Source: a virus. Taken from it: a stretch of DNA of 64,000 bases. Positions 10,540-19,170 of the stretch are shown here, piece by piece. The notes below the pieces were generated by a model. That model did no database searches. It saw only the letters and a list, made by a program, of their open reading frames with translations, and was not told the DNA's origin. The stretch is taken from the IMG/VR virus record IMGVR_UViG_3300020455_000616, one strand, 5' to 3'. Both the position numbers and the translations under genes were made by a program. Every line of letters starts with the position of its first letter. Positions within the stretch are counted from its first letter, which is position 1.

Positions 10540-11483
10540 TGCCAATTAATGATATATCAATTCGTAATCAAGAGATTCCTTACATTGGAATCAATGGTAC
10601 TGGCATACCTTTTATAAGACCTGTGGGTGGAAGTCTTAGGTACGTTGGTGTCAGAGGTATAGGTGTGAATCAGATTGCAGACAGTCGTATATGGGTGAAT
10701 GAATCACCACAAGCAATACCACCAGCAGTACCTGTCACTACAATCATAGGTACTCCCGTTATTAATATAGCTGGTTGTGTAAAAGTACACAAAGAGAATG
10801 CAAAGAGAGATCCATCTAAAAACAAAATGCTGGTCAATGATGACCCAAAAGGAAATACAGTTTTGTGCGACGCTGGTGCTCCCTACTATGAACCACCAAA
10901 CTATGATGCTAGAGAATTAACATGGCAGACAGTCTATCAAGAACAAGAAGAAGTTGATGAGGGTGTTGATACAGGAGACACAGGAGATCTTACTACACCA
11001 GAGACACCAGAACCTCCACCACAAGAACCAGAAGAGGGTGATCCAGATTGTCCTGGTCCTCTAGACCCAAGGATAGGAGCAGTTGGTCCTAATGAAAAAG
11101 AAAAAGTCATTGGTCACGAGTTACAAACCGATCCCAACAACTTTAATAAAAAAATATGTGTAGCGTTATATGAAGATATTGGTGTAGTAGAACAGTACCT
11201 ACCCTCTGCTCAAGTAGCAACTACTACTGCTGTGATTGCGTCTGTGGCAGCGTCATCTGCCCTACTTGCAAAACCTCTAGCTGATCTGCTCCTGAGGGTG
11301 GTGAAACCTGCTGTGAAGCAGGTGATGACCAAGGTAAACGCCATCCTAGGGAAAACCCCTTATCGGATAACTGAGGAAGAGAAGAAGACGAATGAGTACC
11401 GAGTGAAGAAAGGTCTACCTCCGATTCCTTTTGCGAAGAATCATCAGAAGAGGATGAAGGCTCAGAAGAAGAATCAAAATTAG
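10539..11483 (+). CDS. Cyanophage hypothetical membrane protein (Pro/Glu-rich linker, Cys residues, C-terminal TM)
   Basis: 314-aa ORF coupled to upstream gene. Confidence 0.8.
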   Translation: MPINDISIRNQEIPYIGINGTGIPFIRPVGGSLRYVGVRGIGVNQIADSRIWVNESPQAIPPAVPVTTIIGTPVINIAGCVKVHKENAKRDPSKNKMLVNDDPKGNTVLCDAGAPYYEPPNYDARELTWQTVYQEQEEVDEGVDTGDTGDLTTPETPEPPPQEPEEGDPDCPGPLDPRIGAVGPNEKEKVIGHELQTDPNNFNKKICVALYEDIGVVEQYLPSAQVATTTAVIASVAASSALLAKPLADLLLRVVKPAVKQVMTKVNAILGKTPYRITEEEKKTNEYRVKKGLPPIPFAKNHQKRMKAQKKNQN

Positions 11484-12588
11484 GTTGAGGTAACGAATGT
11501 GAGTGAGGAGTTATCTTACCACCTGGATTTGTTACTACAACATCAGCACATATAGTTGCATAAGGTGAGTTTGGGTGGAAAAATATTCCAGCTTTTTTTA
11601 ATTCACCACAATTTTTCAATCTTGCGATTTCAAAATCTAATCGCTTGTTAGCAATCAATTGATTTTGCATATCAACATTTGCTGATGCAGCTTCTTTACA
11701 TAAACGCTGCATACCTCTGTTCAATGGTATTGAAAGCGTAGCAGAAAGTCCTAGGTTGAAACTCTGGTTCGCTCTCATATCTGTCCTAACTGGTTTATAC
11801 CATGTAGGTGCTAACTGACCATCTTGTAAAGCATCTGGTACACCATCACCAGCAGGAACATCTTGAATTATAGTTATATCTTCTCCGTCTGGAAACCATC
11901 GTACTTCATTACCACTAGCATCTGTATATGTTCTAGTGTCATACCATGTCTCCCAAGGGTAGTTCTTAACAACAACACTTTGCTGTACTGTACTACCAGT
12001 TTTATCTGTTAAATTATATTGTGGTTCGTTATAAAAATCTTCCCAAGGATCTTTCCTTGAATCTGCAAACTGTAAGTACGGTGTCATGTTAAGAGTTGTA
12101 CCCTGACATGATACACCACCACCGTAAGTATTAGTTACGTATGGACCTTGTAGGACCTGTATAGCTTGGTTTGTGACACTTCCAGAACTGTTCGCAATCG
12201 GATTTGCAGTGGCACTAACTCCACCGACTCCCTGTGCTAATGATGCTGTTGGACTTACTAATGATAATAGTATACCACCTATTGCGTAAACGTTGAGGTT
12301 GTATCTGTGACACTTTTTATACTGGTTACCCTCTGGATTAGAGTTTGATTGGTCATCCCTGGTCCAGAATAACTCTGGGTAAATTGAAATGCTGCTCCAG
12401 GTTCGTGGATTGTAAAGTTGTTTGTCGCCGACATATCTAATGCATCGAACGAAGATGTTACCGTTCCTGTTATTGCGTCTTCTCCTACTCCTACGGTTGG
12501 GGAGACTTGTACTGTTGATGTTGCTGTTGGGGGATTTAAAGCCGCACCGTTGTTGTCGATGCCTACCCCAGTAACTGAGTATTCCCAT
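11224..12588 (-). CDS. Hypothetical secreted/membrane protein (start uncertain)
   Basis: Signal-like AIGGILLSLVSPTASLA|QGVGG then ordered domain; only ATG is at 12588, inside upstream gene. Confidence 0.75.
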   Translation of the reverse strand: MGILSYWGRHRQQRCGFKSPNSNINSTSLPNRRSRRRRNNRNGNIFVRCIRYVGDKQLYNPRTWSSISIYPELFWTRDDQSNSNPEGNQYKKCHRYNLNVYAIGGILLSLVSPTASLAQGVGGVSATANPIANSSGSVTNQAIQVLQGPYVTNTYGGGVSCQGTTLNMTPYLQFADSRKDPWEDFYNEPQYNLTDKTGSTVQQSVVVKNYPWETWYDTRTYTDASGNEVRWFPDGEDITIIQDVPAGDGVPDALQDGQLAPTWYKPVRTDMRANQSFNLGLSATLSIPLNRGMQRLCKEAASANVDMQNQLIANKRLDFEIARLKNCGELKKAGIFFHPNSPYATICADVVVTNPGGKITPHSHSLPQPNFDSSSEPSSSSDDSSQKESEVDLSSLGTHSSSSLPQLSDKGFSLGWRLPWSSPASQQVSPPSGADQLEVLQVGQMTLPQTQSQQ

Positions 12589-12746
12589 CCTGTCCTAAAG
12601 TCAATTGAGTTTATAGTTTCAGTGACCGTTGATTCGGTCTCAGTGTGGCTCGTCATCGAGCCCTGTTGAAAATTGGGGACCACTGGCACTGCTCTTGCAG
12701 CACCAGCACTACCTAATAACACTAATATAGTTATAAGAGTTTTCAT
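12279..12746 (-). CDS. Hypothetical secreted protein
   Basis: MKTLITILVLLGSAGAARA signal peptide, Thr/Ser-rich; start reassigned to ATG 12746. Confidence 0.85.
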   Translation of the reverse strand: MKTLITILVLLGSAGAARAVPVVPNFQQGSMTSHTETESTVTETINSIDFRTGWEYSVTGVGIDNNGAALNPPTATSTVQVSPTVGVGEDAITGTVTSSFDALDMSATNNFTIHEPGAAFQFTQSYSGPGMTNQTLIQRVTSIKSVTDTTSTFTQ

Positions 12747-12753
12747 ACCCTTT

Positions 12754-13275
12754 TTATCGTATTGAGAGCTCAGATACGAATTGACCCGTAGCCGATGTGC
12801 CAGCTCCACCAGCGGTTAGTGTCATAGCACCTTTGGTATCAATGGTTCCAGCTAGGTTTGCAACAGTTCCAGGAGCACTGGAAGCAACGTTAGAGTATCC
12901 AAGAACGTCTCCTACATCAGCAGCAGTAGTAACAATAGCGTCGCCAGTTGTTATATTCTGTGTGAATGAATACGCATTTCCTTGTGTGGTTTGAGCAACG
13001 TCTGGAAGTGCAAAAGTAGCAACCCCTGCTGTACTGACTGCTGAGATACCACCTAGGTTATTAGCAGCACTACCACCTGACGGTGTAATAGTTGTGCTCA
13101 CACCGTTACCAGATGTGCTATATGTATTTGCAGCTCTCGATACTGAAGTATAACCTGCGTCTACTTGAAGTTGTGTTGAGCTAGTTAGGCGATGGCTAAT
13201 ATCAGCCTTCGCTGTCAATGGTGTAGCAAGGATTCCTCCTAAGGCCAACATAACGAAAAGAAAATTCCTTTTCAT
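12754..13275 (-). CDS. Hypothetical secreted protein
   Basis: MKRNFLFVMLALGGILATPLTAKA signal peptide, Thr/Ser/Gly-rich. Confidence 0.85.
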   Translation of the reverse strand: MKRNFLFVMLALGGILATPLTAKADISHRLTSSTQLQVDAGYTSVSRAANTYSTSGNGVSTTITPSGGSAANNLGGISAVSTAGVATFALPDVAQTTQGNAYSFTQNITTGDAIVTTAADVGDVLGYSNVASSAPGTVANLAGTIDTKGAMTLTAGGAGTSATGQFVSELSIR

Positions 13276-13373
13276 ATCCTTCCTAGAATATTATTCTTAG
13301 TTATTTAGCAATAAGATTTGTTAAAACTAGCGGTTTATACCCAATTAAGGTACGCTACGCTACATTTAGGGGG

Positions 13374-13841
13374 TTATCCTTCGTTTAATGTACCAAAAGA
13401 TCTACGAATTTCTCGTAATGCTTCAAGATTCATGTCCTTAGTTCCTCCATCGTAAGCATGAGCATACCCTTCAGTAATCATCTGCTCATTTAGTGAAACA
13501 GTATCCTCGTTAATATAGAGCCAACCAAGAAGCCTACCGTACTTCCCAGTGCCACCCACAAGTTCTGTTCTAACAGTAAGTTCATCACCCTCACCTGCAA
13601 TAGTATCTTCTAATTTTTTCTTTAACCAGTTAGTAGCATCTATTCCTAATGCCTTCTCTTCTAGATTTCTAGTCCTCTTCTCTGGAGTATCAACTCCTGC
13701 AATTCTTACCCGTTCTTTTTTGAATAAATCGAATCCAAGATCTATGGTGACATCTATCGTATCTCCGTCTAGTACTCGGTTTATCTCCGTCACTCGGAAG
13801 TTGTAACAACTCTTCCTGCTTGGGGGTGTCATCGCTCCCAT
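13374..13841 (-). CDS. Staphylococcal nuclease (SNase/thermonuclease) family protein
   Basis: RVLDGDTIDV, RVRIAGVDTPE, GKYGRLLGWLY, LNEQMITEGYA. Confidence 0.92.
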   Translation of the reverse strand: MGAMTPPSRKSCYNFRVTEINRVLDGDTIDVTIDLGFDLFKKERVRIAGVDTPEKRTRNLEEKALGIDATNWLKKKLEDTIAGEGDELTVRTELVGGTGKYGRLLGWLYINEDTVSLNEQMITEGYAHAYDGGTKDMNLEALREIRRSFGTLNEG

Positions 13842-14004
13842 TGTCAATCTCCATTTCAGTTAGTGCATTATTTATAGAGTCTTCAGGGTCAGTTCTTGTC
13901 TTCTGTGCTTCGTGTTCCCTTATATTCTGTATCATCTCTCCTGCTGTCGGCCATGCTTGCACTGGTGTGCTCAACAACAGTAACGGGATTAGGATTTTTT
14001 TCAT
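13690..14004 (-). CDS. Hypothetical secreted protein overlapping the nuclease 5' end
   Basis: MKKILIPLLLLSTPVQA signal peptide. Confidence 0.55.
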   Translation of the reverse strand: MKKILIPLLLLSTPVQAWPTAGEMIQNIREHEAQKTRTDPEDSINNALTEMEIDNGSDDTPKQEELLQLPSDGDKPSTRRRYDRCHHRSWIRFIQKRTGKNCRS

Positions 14005-14092
14005 CGTAAGTAAATATCCAATATATTGTAACACCTACTCCTACCAGAAGTATAGCTATCATAATATTTACACTGTGAACTACTTCACTCAT
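13889..14092 (-). CDS. Small membrane protein
   Basis: TM segment IMIAILLVGVGVTIYWIF; ATGA coupling. Confidence 0.7.
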   Translation of the reverse strand: MSEVVHSVNIMIAILLVGVGVTIYWIFTYDEKNPNPVTVVEHTSASMADSRRDDTEYKGTRSTEDKN

Positions 14093-14373
14093 GATACATT
14101 TTCAATAACCTCCTTGTCAGGAAGGAGATCTAAATCTCCTACCACTCCACCTATAACAATAAAGGCAGTGAGTACAGCACCTGCACCCCATACCCATTTC
14201 TCAAGTGCTCTAATCCTCTCTCTTACATCTTCATTTAGTTTTGTGATTCTCTCGTCTGTCCTATCAATTCTTTTATGAATCAACTCCATCCTACGAGTAG
14301 CATTCTCAAGAGTACTATCAATGACAGCAATCTTTACATCCTGCTCTGAATCTTTATTTGATATATCAGTCAC
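14089..14373 (-). CDS. Coiled-coil protein with C-terminal TM (XhlA-like architecture)
   Basis: GGAGG SD before GTG 14373; heptads then KWVWGAGAVLTAFIVIGG. Confidence 0.7.
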   Translation of the reverse strand: MTDISNKDSEQDVKIAVIDSTLENATRRMELIHKRIDRTDERITKLNEDVRERIRALEKWVWGAGAVLTAFIVIGGVVGDLDLLPDKEVIENVS

Positions 14374-14665
14374 GTTGCCTCCAATCATCAGAACGTTCTT
14401 GATGGAACCAATCCACAACATCTTGTGGATCTCCGAAACCCCTACGATGATGAGTTGGATCGGGGTCTCCAATATTCAACTCATTCAGAAAAGAATCTGT
14501 AGGATTCGTACTCAGTCGTCTTGCCGTGTTCAACATACCTCTAGCAGCAGTATTTGCTTTTGCTAATTTGTTAGCCCAGATCATATCTTCTAAACCAACT
14601 TCCGCTCCAGAAGCAATGTCTTTACAGATTGCTTCTAGACGCAAACGATATTGTGTTGATAGCAT
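14366..14665 (-). CDS. Cyanophage hypothetical protein
   Basis: 99-aa ORF MLSTQYRLRLEAICK. Confidence 0.8.
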   Translation of the reverse strand: MLSTQYRLRLEAICKDIASGAEVGLEDMIWANKLAKANTAARGMLNTARRLSTNPTDSFLNELNIGDPDPTHHRRGFGDPQDVVDWFHQERSDDWRQRD

Positions 14666-14693
14666 AAGTTCTCAATAACTACTACTAGTTATA

Positions 14694-14807
14694 CTATACC
14701 CATGCTTGTGCTGCAAGTGTTGCCGCTAGTGATAGTGATACTCCCATAATGGTGAGTCTACTCATCCACCACATGATCTCATGTTTATTTTTTGTTATCG
14801 TACTCAT
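14694..14807 (-). CDS. Small membrane peptide (37 aa)
   Basis: Manual: MSTITKNKHEIMWWMSRLTIMGVSLSLAATLAAQAWV; ATGA-coupled. Confidence 0.7.
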   Translation of the reverse strand: MSTITKNKHEIMWWMSRLTIMGVSLSLAATLAAQAWV

Positions 14808-14974
14808 GATTCTAACATGCAATACTCACAAGAATGAGGATGCTCAGATAAACCTGGAACATCCTCCTTTGCATTCTTTATTGCTTCATATGCATCCACT
14901 GCATACTCACAAATTTCTACTGTATGATTTTGATTATCGTGATAACCAACCGTATAATGTCTAGTCAGGGGCAT
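14804..14974 (-). CDS. Small hypothetical protein (56 aa)
   Basis: Manual: MPLTRHYTVGYHDNQNHTVEICEYAVDAYEAIKNAKEDVP; TATAAATA at 15000-15007. Confidence 0.75.
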   Translation of the reverse strand: MPLTRHYTVGYHDNQNHTVEICEYAVDAYEAIKNAKEDVPGLSEHPHSCEYCMLES

Positions 14975-15024
14975 GATCTTTCAATCCCAATACTACTAGT
15001 ATTTATAGCACAGATTAAGTATTT

Positions 15025-16578
15025 TCACCCATATATGTGTTGACTCAAGAATATATCATGAGTCGGTAACTTTTCTATTTGTGTTGTTAAATGTTTAACT
15101 CTACGTCTCCAATTATTATACAAGTGTTCTACCTCATCCTCACTATAAGGTAATCCATATGATTGATACGCATTGTAATCTTGCTGACGTTTATGTGCAG
15201 GTATCTTATATCCATTACCTGCCATAACATATGTCCACCCACCAGCATATCCATATAAGTTTTGAGATAATCCTTGATACTTATCATCAAAAGTTATACC
15301 ATCATTGATTACATTATGCTTTATAAACTTACCACTACCTAGATTGACATAGGACTTCTCTTGAGTCTGATGTCTCCAGTATCGAGTATCATCTCTTGAT
15401 GATGCAGTATAATGAATAGCAACAAAGTCTCTCCAAGAATCCATATCATTTGCAGATGTTATATTATAGAGATCAATATCAAATCTATTAACACGACAAT
15501 TCCTATCTTTAAGAGTTCTAATTAATCTAAGAAGACATTCATGTGTTGATGCTAAAGAACTAGATTCTAAAGGTTCTACAAAAGAATATGATAATCCTAT
15601 TGCAACTACATTCTTAACCCATCCTTCCTTATGAATACCATGTTTTATGTTTATCTTACGAAAATCTATATCATCAACACCTACATGCTTCTTCAATTCC
15701 ATCTCTGCTGTATCATCATCAACAAAATCACTAGAGTAAACATAACCCACACCAAGACTATCCCATAGTGGAGTATTCCAAACCCAACCATTATCAATAG
15801 CAGTACACTTAGTATAGTTAACTAATTCTTCAGACCTATTTCTATATGGTATATGTGCTGCTAATGCTCTATCATTATCCAACCAAGGTTTATATGATAA
15901 GAACTCAGATCCCATCTCTTTCTCTAAAAGACGAGACTGGAATCCAGTGCAATCAATAAAAAGATCAGCAGTATAGTTACCATCTTCTCCATCAAGAGAA
16001 GTTATATAACCATACTCATCCTTGTTAACATCAACAATATTATCATAATGATGTTGCACACCAGTACAGAATTTTTTTAAAAACTCAGCAAAAAGTTTTG
16101 CATCAAAATGATATGCAGTATCATATCTAAAATCAAATGCATCTAACAATCCATCAGTATTCTTAGTACAACGATTGTACTTCATCAATAAACTATTATC
16201 ATTATGCCATTCATTATATGATTCATTAATAGGTAAGTTATAACAGTCCCTTACTGCTGCCCACTTATTCTTTATATCAATACGATCTCTACCACCAAAA
16301 GGATAATCATATGACGTACCTAGATCACTAAAATTATTAAACCTAATACCATTCTTATATGTTGCATTACACTCTGCCATCCAGTCTTCATCCTTAAGAC
16401 CTAACATGTCTAGAAAAATATTAAACTGACCAAGAGTTGATTCACCAACTCCTATGGTAGGAATACTTTTAGACTCTACTAAAGATACCTCAACATTAGG
16501 TAGTGTCTTGAAAATAGAAGCAGCGGTCATCCAACCAGATGTACCGCCACCAACGATTAATATTTTATTGATGTTCAT
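15025..16578 (-). CDS. Flavin-dependent halogenase, tryptophan halogenase (PrnA) family
   Basis: GGGTSG FAD motif, ATYKNGIRF catalytic Lys region, GWVWNTP, FVEPLES. Confidence 0.88.
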   Translation of the reverse strand: MNINKILIVGGGTSGWMTAASIFKTLPNVEVSLVESKSIPTIGVGESTLGQFNIFLDMLGLKDEDWMAECNATYKNGIRFNNFSDLGTSYDYPFGGRDRIDIKNKWAAVRDCYNLPINESYNEWHNDNSLLMKYNRCTKNTDGLLDAFDFRYDTAYHFDAKLFAEFLKKFCTGVQHHYDNIVDVNKDEYGYITSLDGEDGNYTADLFIDCTGFQSRLLEKEMGSEFLSYKPWLDNDRALAAHIPYRNRSEELVNYTKCTAIDNGWVWNTPLWDSLGVGYVYSSDFVDDDTAEMELKKHVGVDDIDFRKINIKHGIHKEGWVKNVVAIGLSYSFVEPLESSSLASTHECLLRLIRTLKDRNCRVNRFDIDLYNITSANDMDSWRDFVAIHYTASSRDDTRYWRHQTQEKSYVNLGSGKFIKHNVINDGITFDDKYQGLSQNLYGYAGGWTYVMAGNGYKIPAHKRQQDYNAYQSYGLPYSEDEVEHLYNNWRRRVKHLTTQIEKLPTHDIFLSQHIYG

Positions 16579-16596
16579 AACAAAAGAGCAAACGCC

Positions 16597-16674
16597 TTAT
16601 GGTAAATGTCTTACCATTTTTAATCCGTAACCTGTAGCAGCAATAATAGCAACAAGTATCATTAATTGCATCAT
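16597..16674 (-). CDS. Membrane micropeptide (25 aa)
   Basis: Manual: MMQLMILVAIIAATGYGLKMVRHLP; ATGA-coupled. Confidence 0.55.
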   Translation of the reverse strand: MMQLMILVAIIAATGYGLKMVRHLP

Positions 16675-16844
16675 AATATAATTGCTCCAATAATAAATCC
16701 TTTTGCAAAGGCAAGACAAAGCATTTGATAATCAGTCAAGTTAAACTTGTCCTGAATCTTCTTTGCCATTTTCTTGTCCCATTCTTTCACATGATATACA
16801 GCATGTGCAACAGGATTCATTTTTTCATGATCTTTACATGACAT
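16671..16844 (-). CDS. Small hypothetical protein (57 aa)
   Basis: Manual: MSCKDHEKMNPVAHAVYHVKEWDKK...QMLCLAFAKGFIIGAIIL. Confidence 0.7.
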   Translation of the reverse strand: MSCKDHEKMNPVAHAVYHVKEWDKKMAKKIQDKFNLTDYQMLCLAFAKGFIIGAIIL

Positions 16845-16847
16845 AAT

Positions 16848-17069
16848 TTAAATCTCCGTAGTGTCTTCTTGGTCTCTAGCCTCAATAAACTTCTTTCCTT
16901 TTTTAAGAAGTTTAGCAGATTTCTCATCGTAAATTGCTTGCTTTTGTGCCCAAGCTAATTCCCAGTCTTCATAGACTCCTTTCTTTTTAGACACTCTAGA
17001 AGCGATGTCTCTAAGTTTTGCTAAAGTAGGTTCGTTTAAAATACTTACTTCTTTTTTCTTAGTCATCAT
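16848..17069 (-). CDS. Hypothetical protein
   Basis: 73-aa charged ORF in operon. Confidence 0.7.
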   Translation of the reverse strand: MMTKKKEVSILNEPTLAKLRDIASRVSKKKGVYEDWELAWAQKQAIYDEKSAKLLKKGKKFIEARDQEDTTEI

Positions 17070-17090
17070 TCAAACCTTATACTGTAATAT

Positions 17091-17516
17091 TTATGTGGTA
17101 GGTGGTTTTTTATCTTTCTTTGGATCAAGGGTAGGAGGGATATCAGCAGCAATGATTTTTAATGGCATCTGTTCAATCTTAATTGTCTGAACAGTTCCAC
17201 TACCACCACTACCACCATTACCATTCATCTTCATAGTACCGTCACCCTTCTTAGATGCGGTCTGAATTCCAAAGCTAGCTAAAACTCCAGTAAAAACCGA
17301 AGCTATAAAAGTTGGATCTATCTTCTGTTGTGGCACTCCTGGAATTGCCACATAGTTTAAAGTCAGTATACCACCGCTCCAAACCAACACGCCCAATCTG
17401 ACTGCTGTCGAAATGATTGCTGCTTGTTCGTCTGCATCAGGTAGTATAGCATCTTTTGCTTTTTGGAACAACCCTTTTTTCTCTTTGGGTTGTTCTTTTT
17501 TAATTTCTTCTGTCAT
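17091..17516 (-). CDS. Two-TM membrane protein
   Basis: VRLGVLVWSGGILTLNY and IDPTFIASVFTGVLASFG. Confidence 0.8.
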   Translation of the reverse strand: MTEEIKKEQPKEKKGLFQKAKDAILPDADEQAAIISTAVRLGVLVWSGGILTLNYVAIPGVPQQKIDPTFIASVFTGVLASFGIQTASKKGDGTMKMNGNGGSGGSGTVQTIKIEQMPLKIIAADIPPTLDPKKDKKPPTT

Positions 17517-17551
17517 AGGGATTAGCACAACTAAGCCCTATTTAGAATACC

Positions 17552-17824
17552 TTAAAACTGTACAGGTGCTTGAGGTGCAGAAGGCATAGATGCTTGTGGA
17601 GAAGGAGAAGGAAGATCATTAGTTCCTAGAGGAAGAGATTCCAGAGCTCCTGTACCAGGTAATCCATCACCCAAACTACCCATTACAGATTCAATTGCTG
17701 CTTCTTTAATACCATCAATGATAGCATCTTTATTTGCATAAGTGTATACTCCTACACCTACAATACCAGCGAGAGTTACTCCTGATATAACGCTAATAGC
17801 ATTAGCAATATCGTTAAACTTCAT
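17552..17824 (-). CDS. Hypothetical membrane-anchored protein
   Basis: N-terminal TM, Pro-rich tail. Confidence 0.75.
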   Translation of the reverse strand: MKFNDIANAISVISGVTLAGIVGVGVYTYANKDAIIDGIKEAAIESVMGSLGDGLPGTGALESLPLGTNDLPSPSPQASMPSAPQAPVQF

Positions 17825-17845
17825 AATTTTTATTTAAAGCGTAAT

Positions 17846-18340
17846 CTATTTAGCAACTTTTTTTAGATATTCAAGAACCCTTTCAGGTTTAGAATTTTCA
17901 TAGGGATCTTTATCAGTGTTAGATCTTTGACCAGGTTCTACACCTTCCCATTCAATCTCACCACCATTGATAACAGCAGCGTAACGCCATGAACGATTGC
18001 CATAACCTAGATTAGTTTTAGCAACCAACATTCCCATACCTTTAGTAAAGTCACCATTACCATCAGGAAGCATCTTTACATTCTGAATGATAAGATCTTC
18101 CTTCCATGCTTCCATTACAAAGCAGTCATTAACTGCAATACAATAGACTTCATCTATACCTAGTTCTCTAAACTCCATATAGTTATCTTCATATGCTGGA
18201 AGCATTTTAGTAGAACATATAGGAGTAAATGCACCAGGTAGTGAGAATAAAACTACTCTCTTATTATCAAATATATCTCTAGAAGTTTTGATTAGCGGTC
18301 CGCCATCACCCTTCAAAAAGAATTTTACATTAGGTATCAT
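17846..18340 (-). CDS. Peroxiredoxin, Prx5/type II family
   Basis: LPGAFTPICS peroxidatic motif, VNDCFVM, PDGNGDFT, RSWRYA. Confidence 0.92.
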   Translation of the reverse strand: MIPNVKFFLKGDGGPLIKTSRDIFDNKRVVLFSLPGAFTPICSTKMLPAYEDNYMEFRELGIDEVYCIAVNDCFVMEAWKEDLIIQNVKMLPDGNGDFTKGMGMLVAKTNLGYGNRSWRYAAVINGGEIEWEGVEPGQRSNTDKDPYENSKPERVLEYLKKVAK

Positions 18341-18525
18341 GCTACTTTATTGGATTCCTTTATCTGATTATAGTATGCCTTATAGTAACTGACAAGTCCA
18401 GCAGTTGTGGATTGCTTCTTACACCACTCATCTGCACATGTGTATATTGTATCGTCTTGTCCAAAATTCTTATACAGGATTTTAATTGCCTGTTCTCTTA
18501 CGAGTGCTTGTTCTTCTGTCATCAC
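18337..18525 (-). CDS. Hypothetical protein
   Basis: 62-aa ORF, ATGA-coupled. Confidence 0.7.
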   Translation of the reverse strand: MMTEEQALVREQAIKILYKNFGQDDTIYTCADEWCKKQSTTAGLVSYYKAYYNQIKESNKVA

Positions 18526-18617
18526 TCATCCATCATGTAATACATCATAGTCATCCAGAGAGTTGTAAAAGATGCAACTGTCCCTAGTATCATCAAAGTC
18601 ATTTTAAATGTTTCCAT
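18522..18617 (-). CDS. Membrane micropeptide (31 aa)
   Basis: Manual: METFKMTLMILGTVASFTTLWMTMMYYMMDE; coupled at both ends. Confidence 0.65.
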   Translation of the reverse strand: METFKMTLMILGTVASFTTLWMTMMYYMMDE

Positions 18618-18718
18618 TAAATTAATCCGATTGAACCTGCTGTAATTCCTACTGCTAGGAAAAATAAAAATTCAAACACAGGCATAAAGCCTGCATTCTT
18701 TAGTAAAAATTGAGTCAT
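18617..18718 (-). CDS. Membrane micropeptide (33 aa)
   Basis: Manual: MTQFLLKNAGFMPVFEFLFFLAVGITAGSIGLI; GAGGAG SD. Confidence 0.7.
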   Translation of the reverse strand: MTQFLLKNAGFMPVFEFLFFLAVGITAGSIGLI

Positions 18719-18746
18719 TTAAGCTTGTGCTCCTCAGCTATGAGTG

Positions 18747-18821
18747 TTAGTTAAAAACGAATGGTAATCCGTTGACTGCAGTAAATGCTACTGCACATGC
18801 GAATGTTAGTGTATAGATCAT
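18747..18821 (-). CDS. Membrane micropeptide (24 aa)
   Basis: Manual: MIYTLTFACAVAFTAVNGLPFVFN; TAATG coupling. Confidence 0.6.
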   Translation of the reverse strand: MIYTLTFACAVAFTAVNGLPFVFN

Positions 18822-18994
18822 TATGCTCCTTGGTAAACTGGTGACATTACTCCACCTTCGGGATCATCATCGTCATCATCATTTGCAGCACGAAAAAATA
18901 ATTCGAGTCCTACTAAAATACCTATGGGGTAGAAACACCATAGGATTGCAGTAAAGGGTGAAATGCTGTCTGTTGCGGCTATAAAGTCGCCCAT
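18821..18994 (-). CDS. Small membrane protein with poly-Asp tail (57 aa)
   Basis: Manual: MGDFIAATDSISPFTAILWCFYPIGILVGLELFFRAANDDDDDDPEGG. Confidence 0.75.
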   Translation of the reverse strand: MGDFIAATDSISPFTAILWCFYPIGILVGLELFFRAANDDDDDDPEGGVMSPVYQGA

Positions 18995-19050
18995 GTTTTT
19001 ATTTGAAGATAAACGTCAGGAGTAATTATTTAGTTTTGTAAACTTTTGCG

Positions 19051-19170
19051 TTAGGTAATTATACTAACTATTGAACCTGCTGTAGCAGATACTGCTATCC
19101 AAGGTAAGTTTATTACTAATAATATTTTTGCAAGAGTAGATCTCTTGATTGTGAATAAGGTACAAGTCAT
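19051..19170 (-). CDS. Membrane micropeptide (39 aa)
   Basis: Manual: MTCTLFTIKRSTLAKILLVINLPWIAVSATAGSIVSIIT; ATGA coupling. Confidence 0.6.
   Translation of the reverse strand: MTCTLFTIKRSTLAKILLVINLPWIAVSATAGSIVSIIT

Noticed and set aside
12310-12330. Possible -1 frameshift at ATAAAAAG fusing the two secreted ORFs
   Set aside because: Not an X-XXY-YYZ heptamer in the right phase, and no clear stimulatory structure
14749-14964. Plus-strand 71-aa ORF
   Set aside because: Antisense to two better, coupled minus-strand small genes
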